A DNA stretch of 64,000 nucleotides from Balanoglossus misakiensis. Taxonomy: Eukaryota > Animalia > Hemichordata. The notes below the pieces were generated by a model, which did no database searches, was not told where the DNA came from, and was given only the letters and a program-made list of their open reading frames with translations. Each line of letters opens with the position of its first letter. Within the stretch, counting starts at the first letter, position 1. Made by a program: the position numbers and the translations under genes. Where the stretch lies: contig CM082598.2 in assembly GCA_040954595.2 (NCBI GenBank), forward strand, positions 9,005,097 through 9,069,096. The letters are read 5' to 3'. Shown here piece by piece: positions 23,901 through 34,900 of this stretch.

Positions 23901-26900
23901 GGGCTTTCTCTATAAATTGACAGGCAATAATGCAGTCCTACCCGAACAAATGTCGAGTGTTGACCCGCTGTGACTTTCCCTCTTCGGTTTGCCCGACTTA
24001 GCCAACGTCTTTGTACCAGAGTGTCGGGTCTTTTGCAGAGCCAGGCCGAAGGAAATCCGACTTGATCACCGTTGCTAACGAACGCTAGTGTCTGTCATGG
24101 TGTGCCGGAGTTTTAGTCGAGCCAGGCCGTAGGAGATCTGACTTGATCATCGTGGTCAATGTACGCGTGTTTCCGCTCTAAAGTGCCGGGGCTTCAGCTA
24201 AACCAGGCCTTAGGAAATCCGACGTAATCACCGTTGATAACTTACGCCAGTCTGTGTCATATGGAGCCGGTGCAACAGCCGAGTCACGCCGTAGGAAATC
24301 TGACTTGATCAACGTGGTCAATGTACGCCTGTTTCTGCTCTAGAGTGCCGGGGCTTCAGCTGAGCCAGGCCGTAGTAAACCCGACGTGATTACCGTTGTT
24401 AACTTACGCCAGTCTGTGCCCTATATATAGTGCCGGGGCATCAGCCGTGCCAGGCCGAAGGAAATGTGAGTAGATCAACGTGGTCTCTGTACGCGTGTTT
24501 CTGCTCTAGAGTGCCAGGGCTTTAGCCAAGCCATGCCGTAGAAAATCTGACTTGATCAACGTTGCTAACGAACGCTAGTGTCTGTCATAGTGTGGCGGGG
24601 TTTTAGTCGAGCCAAGCCGTAGGAGATCAGAATTGATCAACGTGGTCTCTGTACGCGTGTTTCTGCTCTAGAGTGCCGGGGCTTTATCCAAGCCATGCCG
24701 TAGAAAATCTGACTTGATCACCGTAGCTAACGTACGCTAGTGTCTGTCATATTGTGACGGAGATTTAGCTGAGCCAGGCCGTAGAAAAATCGACTTGTTC
24801 AACGTTACCAGTGTGCAACTGTTTCTGCTCTAGAGTGTCAGGGTTTTAGCCGACTTATGCTGTAGGAAATCTGAGTTGATGAACGGGAATTCAATGTTAG
24901 AAAACACGTGTGGAAAGTATCTTTACCCGTTTGAAACTAAGAAAAGAATTTATTCTTATTTATTTTGTAAAAAAGACAATTTTTCGAAAAAAAGTCGAAA
25001 ATGGTAATTTTGTCTTGGGTGATTCAAATTATACCGCCTTTTCTGGAATTTGCAACAATTAATTTTTCAGGATTTTTTAACAAATTACCATTTTTGTCAA
25101 AATATGGCCAAAATGGCTATTTTTTCTTGAATTCCGTCAATATCTCTGCATTTTTGGAGTGGTCGAAAGTTTTAACATACAATCAACATGTCATATATGA
25201 TCAGGGCACCAAATTCGAAGAACAAAGGTTTTTTTTTTTTTTTTTTCTAAAAATGACATTTTCAAGGAAAATTTGGTAAAACGCAATTTTGTCTGTAGTG
25301 AGCCAAATTAGACGGTCTTTTGTGGAATTTGTATCGATATTTACATACGAAGAGCATTCTATACTCCATCAGATTTCCGAAAATGTAGAAAACAGGTATT
25401 TTTTGTAATTTGCAAAAATTTACCATTTTGACAAAATTGTGGCTAAAATTGTTATTTTCGTGTTGAATACCGCCAGTGTCACTGCTTTTAAAAGTCATAA
25501 AAACTTTTAACATACAAGCAATTGTTTATATATGATCAGGTCACCGAATTAAACAAATAAATAATGTTTTGCCTAAAAATGACCTTTTTGGTGCAAAAAC
25601 GAATAAAATGCAATTTTGTATTAAATCAGCTCATTCAGAGTGCATTTTTTATAATCAGCACCATTTTTACATATAATGGAAATTTCATACATCATCAGAT
25701 ATCCAAATATGAAAAAATGATTTAGATTTTAGATGATTGTCCAAAATTAGCTGATATGTAATAAATGTAGTATTGAACCGTTCTGTTCCCCCCCCCCCCC
25801 TACATTATATGCGGTACGCCGATGTCAGCTTACCCGGCAGTACTGCAGGCCGTGCCCCCAACTAACGTCGGTGTTTGAAACGCCCTGGTTAAATTCGGGC
25901 TTTCTCTATAAATTGACAGGCAATAATGCAGTCCTACCCGAACAAATGTCGAGTGTTGACCCGCTGTGACTTTCCCTCTTCGGTTTGCCCGACTTAGCCA
26001 ACGTCTTTGTACTAGAGTGTCGGGTCTTTTGCAGAGCCAGGCCGAAGGAAATCCGACTTGATCACCGTTGCTAACGAACGCTAGTGTCTGTCATGGTGTG
26101 CCGGGGTTTTAGTCGAGCCAGGCCGTAGGAGATCTGACTTGATCATCGTGGTCAATGTACGCGTGTTTCCGCTCTAAAGTGCCGGGGCTTCAGCTAAACC
26201 AGGCCGTAGGAAATCCGACGTAATCACCGTTGATAACTTACGCCAGTCTGTGTCATATAGAGCCGGTGCACCAGTCGAGTCACGCCGTAGGAAATCTGAC
26301 TTGATCAACGTGGTCAATGTACGCCTGTTTCTGCTCTAGAGTGCCGGGGCTTCAGCTGAGCCAGGCCGTAGTAAACCCGACGTGATTACCGTTGTTAACT
26401 TACGCCAGTCTGTGTCCTATATATAGTGCCGGGGCATCAGCCGTGCCAGGCCGAAGGAAATGTGAGTAGATCAACGTGGTCTCTGTACGCGTGTTTCTGC
26501 TCTAGAGTGCCGGGGCTTTATCCAAGCCATGCCGTAGAAAATCTGACTTGATCACCGTTGCTAACGTACGCTAGTGTCTGTCATATTGTGACGGAGATTT
26601 AGCCGAGCCAGGCCGTAGAAAAATCGACTTGTTCAACGTTACCAGTGTGCAACTGTTTCTGCTCTAGAGTGTCAGGGTTTTAGCCGACTTATGCTGTAGG
26701 AAATCTGAGTTGATGAACGGGAATTCAATGTTAGAAAACCCGTGTGGAAAGTATCTCTACCCGTTTGAAACTAAGAAAAGAATTTATTCTTATTCATTTT
26801 GTAAAAAAGACAATTTTTCGAAAAAAGTCGAAAATGGTAATTTTGTCTTGGGTGATTCAAATTATACCGCCTTTTCTGGAATTTGCAGCACTTTTTACAA

Positions 26901-27719
26901 GAGAACGACACTTCATGCTCCATAATATTTCCGAACAAATTACCATTTTTGTCAAAATATGGCCAAAATGGCTATTTTTTCTTGAATTCCGTCAATATCT
27001 CTGCATTTTTGGAGTGGTCGAAACTTTTAACATACAATCAACATGTCATATAAGATCAGGGCACCAAATTCGAAGAACAAAGGTTTTGTTATTTTTTTTT
27101 CTAAAAATGACATTTTCAAGGAAAATTTGGTAAAACGCAATTTTGTCTGTAGTGAGCCAAATTAGACGGTCTTTTGTGGAATTTGTATCGATATTTACAT
27201 ACGAAGAGCATTCTATACTCCATCAGATTACCGAAAATGTAGAAAACATTTATTTTTCGTAATTTTCAAAAATTTACCCTTTTTGACCAAAATGTGGCTA
27301 AAATTGTTATTTTCGTCTTGAATGCCGCCAGTGTCACTGCTTTTAAGAGTCATAAAAACTTTTAACATACAAGCAATTGTTTATATATGATCAGGTCACC
27401 GAATTAAAAAAATAAAGAATGTTTTGCCTGAAAATGACCTTTTTGGTGCAAAAACGAATAAAACGCAATTTTGTATTAAATCAGCTCATTCAGAGTGCAT
27501 TTTTTATAATCAGCACCATTTTTACATATAATGGAAATTTCATACATCATCAGATATTCAAATATGAAAAAATGATTTAGATTTTAGATGATTGTCCAAA
27601 ATTAGCTGATATCTAATAAATGTAGTATTGAACCGTTCTGTCCCCCCCCACCCCTACATTATATGCGGTACGCCGATGTCAGCTTACCCGGCATTACTGG
27701 AGGCCGTGCCCCCAACTAA

Positions 27720-28919
27720 GGGAGCCGTCATTATTTACGGCCTGGGGGGGGGGGGTCGGAGGAATTACACTAGAAACTCCAAAATTTTGAGAAACCCCCC
27801 CCCCCTGCCAAGCATGCAGATTTTGAGAAACCCCCCCCCCCCTTCCAACACAGAAATTTCGACTGGCCCCCCCCTAAAACCGGAACAACTACATATCAAT
27901 ACATGTATCTGTATTGAACACCTATTGCCTGGCCATGAGGGCCATAGCGGCCGTTTATTGCACCCGAGGGGCTGTGAGTTACCAGAATCATATGCTATTT
28001 CCCGAGGCCGCAGGCCGAGGCAAATAGCATATGATTCTGGTAACTCACAGTCACGAGGGGGTAAAAACGGCTGCTATGGCCCGAATATAGGCCAGGCTAT
28101 AGGTGTTTTATAATAAACCTCATGCTAACAGCTGGGAAAATCTTGCAATTTTCTCTTGAGGTTGGCAGACGACATCTTCCGCGGTGGCCATTGTGTCAGA
28201 CGAAGCGACGCTGATGGACGTGACCGAGTTTGCGCACTCACGCTGGTCACGTGACCGGTTTATATTTTTTCTGCTATTTCCCTAGCGGTTCATAGTCGAT
28301 TCTATTTTCCTATCACGTGACGGATTCTGGCGAATCACGACACAGTATTAGCATGAGGTATATTATAAAAATCACTATTACAGTAGTGTAGTAAAAGACC
28401 TTTCAACTCCAGGTTCACCCTGCTACATTGTAGGTGATCATCAGTTGCATCATGATGGATTGAAAAGGGTGAAACAACAAAACAATCTCAAAGTCACAAC
28501 TAAATAATGATTACCGTAAAAGCTCACCATAACCAGTAACCATCAAGTAGCATTGTGTAATTTGGACAGGCATCGTTAAAAGTCAAAATGATTATCAAAC
28601 TTTGTTGATATAATAAGGAGTAATGTTTTTTATGCATGATCAGGCAAGCATGCCAATCCTTTATCAACAAATTTTGGGAAAAATACTTTGATAGTGCAGT
28701 GTGGACACTCTGGTGTTCCGCGACCAGCACTTGCACAGCACACAACTAAATCTTTCAGTTGAAAAACTTTGATACATTTCCCAAAAATGAGTGACCCCCC
28801 CCCCTCTTCATCTACAATTTTTGACAAACCCCCCCTTGCAGCCTTCCAATTTTTGAGTAACCCCCCCCCCTTGATTCCTCCGACCCCCCCCCCCCAGGCC
28901 ATAAATAATGACGGCTCCC
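27720..28919. mobile_element. Non-autonomous PIF/Harbinger-type MITE (1200 bp including the nested element)
   Basis: TSD TAA at 27717-27719 and 28920-28922; the empty site is CCCAAC-TAA-CGTCGG. The 46-bp TIRs GGGAGCCGTCATTATTTAYGGCCT(G12)TCGGAGGAAT at 27720-27765 and 28874-28919 are 45/46 identical. There is no transposase. Confidence 0.9.
27905..28368 (-). mobile_element. Nested non-coding palindromic element, probably a non-autonomous Crypton
   Basis: A ~200-bp imperfect palindrome spans 27912-28112 with a perfect 29-bp stem (27972-28000 / 28022-28050). A second inverted repeat at 28106-28128 / 28348-28370 matches 22/23. The minus-strand start TTATAATAT-N22-TGATT.GC matches the Crypton left end. 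Boundaries are approximate because no empty MITE copy is in the window. Confidence 0.65.
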
Positions 28920-31900
28920 TAACGTCGGTGCTTGAAACGCCCTGGTTAAATTCGGGCTTTCTCTATAAATTGACAGGCAATAATGCAGTCCTACCCGAAC
29001 AAATGTCGAGTGTTGACCCGCTGTGACTTTCCCTCTTCGGTTTGCCCGACTTAGCCAACGTCTTTGTACCAGAGTGTCGGGTCTTTTGCAGAGCCAGGCC
29101 GAAGGAAATCCGACTTGATCACCGTTGCTAACGAACGCTAGTGTCTGTCATGGTGTGCCGGGGTTTTAGTCGAGCCAGGCCGTAGGAGATCTGACTTGAT
29201 CATCGTGGTCAATGTACGCGTGTTTCCGCTCTAAAGTGCCGGGGCTTCAGCTAAACCAGGCCGTAGGAAATCCGACGTGATTACCGTTGTTAACTTACGC
29301 CAGTCTGTGTCCTATATATAGTGCCGAGGCATCAGCCGTGCCAGGCCGAAGGAAATGTGAGTAGATCAACGTGGTCTCTGTACGCGTGTTTCTGCTCTAG
29401 AGTGCCGGGGCTTTATCCAAGCCATGCCGTAGAAAATCTGACTTGATCACCGTTGCTAACGTACGCTAGTGTCTGTCATATTGTGACGGAGATTTAGCTG
29501 AGCCAGGCCGTAGACAAATCGACTTGTTCAACGTTACCAGTGTGCAACTGTTTCTGCTCTAGAGTGTCAGAGTTTTAGCCGACTTATGCTGTAGGAAATC
29601 TGAGTTGATGAACGGGAATTCAATATTAGAAAACCCGTGTGGAAAGTATCTCTACCCGTTTGAAACTAAGAAAAGAATTTATTCTTATTTATTTTGTAAA
29701 AAAGACAATTTTTCGAAAAAAAAGTCGAAAATGGTAATTTTGTCTTGGGTGATTCAAATTATACCGTCTTTTCTGGAATTTGCAGCACCTTTTACAAGAG
29801 AACGACACTTCATGCTCCATAATATTTCCGAAAATGAAGAAAAGAGTTAATTTTTTATGATTTTTTAAAAATTTACCACTTTTGTCAAAATATGGCCAAA
29901 ACGGCTATTTTTTCTTGAATTCCGTCAATATCTCTGCATTTTTGGAGTGGTCGAAACTTTTAACATACAATCAACATGTCATATATAATCAGGGCACCGA
30001 ATTCGAAGAACAATTAAAGCTTTTTTAAATTATTTTTCTAAAAATGACATTTTCAAGCAAAATTTGATAACATGCAATTTTGTCTGCAGTGAGCCAAATT
30101 AGACTGTCTTTTGTGGTATTTGTATCGATATATACATACGAAGGGCATTCTATACTCCATCAGATTACCGAAAATGTAGGAAACATTTATTTTTCGTAAT
30201 TTTCAAAAATTTACCATTTTGACAAAATTGTGGCTAAAATTGTTATTTTCGTGTTGAATGCCGCCAGTGTCACTGCTTTTAAAATTCATAAAAACTTTTA
30301 ACATACAAGCAATTGTTTATATATGATCAGGTCACCGAATTAAAAAAATAAAGAATGTTTTGCCTAAAATGACCTTTTTGGTGCAAAAACGAATAAAACG
30401 CAATTTTGTATTAAATCAGCTCATTCAGAGTGCATTTTTTATAATCAGCACCATTTTTACATATAATGGAAATTTCATACATCATCAGATATTCAAATAT
30501 GAAAAAATGATTTAGATTTTAGATGATTGTCCAAAATTAGCTGATATCTAATAAATGTAGTATTCAACCGTTCTGTCCCCCCCCCCCCCTACATTATGTG
30601 CGGTACGCCGATGTCAGCTTACCCGGCAGCACTGCAGGCCGTGCCCCCAACTAACGTCGGTGTTTGAAACGCCCTGGTTAAATTCGGGCTTTCTCTATAA
30701 ATTGACAGGCAATAATGCAGTCCTACCCGAACAAATGTCGAGTGTTGACCCGCTGTGACTTTCCCTCTTCGGTTTGCCCGACTTAGCCAACGTCTTTGTA
30801 CTGGAGTGTCGGGTCTTTTGCAGAGGCAAGCCGAAGGAAATCCGACTTGATCACCGTTGCTAACGAACGCTAGTGTCTGTCATGGTGTGCCGGGGTTTTA
30901 GTCGAGCCAGGCCGTAGGAGATCTGACTTGATCATCGTGGTCAATGTACGCGTGTTTCCGCTCTAAAGTGCCGGGGCTTCAGCTAAACCAGGCCGTAGGA
31001 AATCCGACGTAATCACCGTTGATAACTTACGCCAGTCTGTGTCATATAGAGTCGGTGCACCAGCCGAGTCACGCCGTAGGAAATCTGACTTGATCAACGT
31101 GGTCAATGTACGCCAGTTTCTGCTCTAGAGTGCCGGGGCTTCAGCTGAGCCAGGCCGTAGGAAACCCGACGTGATTACCGTTGTTAACTTACGCCAGTCT
31201 GTGTCCTATATATAGTGCCGGGGTATCAGTCGTGCCAGGCCGAAGGAAATGTGAGTAGACCAATGTGGTCTCTGTACGCGTGTTTCTGCTCTAGAGTGCC
31301 AGGGCTTTAGCCAAGCCATGCCGTAGGAAATCTGACTTGATCAACGTTGCTAACGAACGCTAGTGTCTGTCATAGTGTGCCGGGGTTTTAGTCGAGCCAA
31401 GCCGTAGGAGATCAGACTTGATCAACGTGGTCTCTGTACGCGTGTTTCTGCTCTAGAGTGCCGGGGCTTTATCCAAGCCGTGCCGTAGAAAATCTGACTT
31501 GATCACCGTTGCTAACGTACGCTAGTGTCTGTCATATTGTGACGGAGATTTAGCCGAGCCAGGCCGTAGAAAAATCGACTTGTTCAACGTTACCAGTGTG
31601 CAACTGTTTCTGCTCTAGAGTGTCAGGGTTTTAGCCGACTTATGCTGTAGCAAATCTGAGTTGATGAACGGGAATTCAATGTTAGAAAACCCGTGTGGAA
31701 AGTATCTCTACCCGTTTGAAACTAAGAAAAGAATTTATTCTTATTTATTTTGTAAAAAAGACAATTTTTCGAAAAAAAGTCGAAAATGGTAATTTTGTCT
31801 TGGGTGATTCAAATTATACCGCCTTTCCTGGAATTTGCAGCACTTTTTACAAGAGAACGACACTTCATGCTCCATAATATTTCCGAAAATGAAGAAAAGA

Positions 31901-34900
31901 GTTAATTTTTTATGATTTTTTACAAATTTACCATTTTTGTCAAAATATGGCCAAAATGACTATTTTTTCTTGAATTCCGTCAATATCTCTGCATTTTTGG
32001 AGTGGTCGAAACTTTTAACATACAATCAACATGTCATATATAATCAGGGCACCGAATTCGAAAAACAATTAAAGCTTTTTTTAATTGTTTTTCTAAAAAT
32101 GACATTTTCAAGCAAAATTTGATAACATGCAATTTTGTCTGCAATGAGCCAAATTAGACTGTCTTTTGTGGAAATTGTATCGATATATACAAACGAAGGG
32201 CATTTTATACTCCATCAGATTACAGAAAATGTAGAAAACAGTTATTTTTCGTTATTTTCAAAAATTTACCATTTTTGACCAAAATGTGGCTAAAATTGTT
32301 ATTTTCGTCTTGAACGCCGCCAGTGTCACTGCTTTTAAGAGTCATAAAAACTTTTAACATACAAGCAATTGTTTATATATGATCAGGTCACCGAATTCAA
32401 AAAATAAAGAATGTTTTGCATAAAAATGACCTTTTTAGTGCAAACAGTGAATAAAACGCAATTTTGTATTAAATCAGCTCATTCAGAGTGCATTTTTAGA
32501 ATCAGCACCATTTTTACATATAATGGAAATTTCATACATCATCAGATATCCAAATATGAAAAAATGATTTAGATTTTAGATGATTGTCCAAAATTAGCTG
32601 ATATCTAATAAATGTAGTATTGAACCATTCTGTTCCCCCCCCTACATTATATGCGGTACGCCGATGTCAGCTTACCCGGCAGTACTGCAGGCCGTGTCAA
32701 CAACTAACGTCGGTGTTTGAAACGCCCTGGTTAAATTCGGGCTTTCTCTATAAATTGACAGGCAATAATGCAGTCCTACCCGAACAAATGTCGAGTGTTG
32801 GCCCGCTGTGACTTCCCCTCTTTGGTTTGCCCGACTTAGCCAACGTCTTTGTACTAGAGTGTCGGGTCTTTTGCAGAGCCAGGCCGAAGGAAATCCGACT
32901 TGATAACCGTTGCTAACGAACGCTAGTGTCTGTCATGGTGTGCCGGGGTTTTAGTCGAGCCAGGCCGTAGGAGATCTGACTTGATCATCGTGGTCAATGT
33001 ACGCGTGTTTCTGCTCTAAAGTGCCGGGGCTTCAGCTAAACCAGGCCGTAGGAAATCCGACGTAATCACCGTTGATAACTTACGCCAGTCTGTGTCATGG
33101 TGTGCCGGGGTTTTAGTCGAGCCAGGCCGTAGGAGATCTGACTTGATCATCGTGGTCAATGTACGCGTGTTTCCGCTCTAAAGTGCCGGGGCTTCAGCTA
33201 AACCAGGCCGTAGGAAATCCGACGTAATCACCGTTGATAACTTACGCCAGTGTCTGTCATGGTGTGCCGGGGTTTTAGTCGAGCCAGGCCGTAAGAGATC
33301 TGACTTGATCATCGTGGTCAATGTACGCGTGTTTCCGCTCTAAAGTGCTGGGGCTTCAGCTAAACCAGGCCGTAGGAAATCCGACGTAATCACCGTTGAT
33401 AACTTACGCCAGTCTGTGTCATATAGAGCCGGTGCACCAGCGGAGTCACGCCGTAGGAAATCTGACTTGATCAACGTGGTCAATGTACACCTGTTTCTGC
33501 TCTAGAGTGCCGGGGCTTCAGCTGAGCCAGGCCGTAGGAAACCCGACGTGATTACCGTTGTTAACTTACGCCAGTCTGTGTACTATAGAGCCGGTGCACC
33601 AGCCGAGTCACGCCGTAGGAAATCTGACTTGATCAACGTGGTCAATGTACGCCTGTTTCTGCTCTAGAGTGCCGGGGCTTCAGCTGAGCCAGGCCGTAGG
33701 AAACCCGACGTGATTACCGTTGTTAACTTACGCCAGTCTGTGTCCTATATATAGTGCCGGGGCATCAGCCGTGCCAGGCCGAAGGAAATGTGAGTAGATC
33801 AACGTGATCTCTGTACGCGTGTTTCTGCTCTAGAGTGCCGGGGTTTTATCCAAGCCATGCCGTAGAAAATCTGACTTGATCACCGTTGCTAACGTACGCT
33901 AGTGTCTGTCATATTGTGACGGAGATTTAGCTGAGCCAGGCCGTAGAAAAATCGACTTGTTCAACGTTACCAGTGTGCAACTGTTTCTGCTCTAGAGTGT
34001 CAGAGTTTTAGCCGACTTATGCTGTAGGAAATCTCAGTTGATGAACGTGAATTCAATATTAGAAAACCCGTGTGGAAAGTATCTCTACCCGTTTGAAACT
34101 AAGAAAAGAATTTATTCTTATTTATTTTGTAAAAAAGACAATTTTTCGAAAAAAAGTCGAAAATGGTAATTTTGTCTTGGGTGATTCAAATTATACCGCC
34201 TTTTCTGGAATTTGCAGCACTTTTTACAAGAGAACGACACTTCATGCTCCATAATATTTCCGAAAATGAAGAAAAGAGTTAATTTTTTATGATTTTTTAA
34301 AAATTTACCATTTTTGTCAAAATATGGCCAAAATGGCTATTTTTTCTTGAATTTTGTCAATATCTCTGCATTTTTGGAGTGGTCGAAAGTCTTACATACA
34401 ATCAACTTGTCAAATATGATCAGGGCAATAAATTCGAAGAACAAAGGTTTTTTTATTTTTTTTTCTAAAAATGACATTTTCAAGGAAAATTTGGTAAAAC
34501 GCAATTTTGTCTGTAGTGAGCCAAATTAGACGGTCTATTGTGGAATTTGTATCGATATTTACATACGAAGAGCATTCTATACTCCATCAGATTTCCGAAA
34601 ATGTAGAAAAAAGGTATTTTTTGTAATTTTCAAAAATTTACCATTTTGACAAAATTGTGGCTAAAATTGTTATTTTCGTGTTGAATGCCGCCAGTGTCAC
34701 TGCTTTTAAAATTCATAAAAACTTTTAACATACAAGCAATTGTTTATATATGATCAGGTCACCGAATTAAAAAAATAAATAATGTTTTGCCTAAAAATGA
34801 CCTTTTTGGTGCAAAAACGAATAAAACGCAATTTTGTATTAAATCAGCTCATTCAGAGTGCATTTTTTATAATCAGCACCATTTTTACATATAATGGAAA

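Noticed and set aside
27628-29026. ORFs overlapping the MITE
   Set aside because: They are Pro/Gly-rich translations of C/G runs that cross element boundaries and show no transposase motifs.
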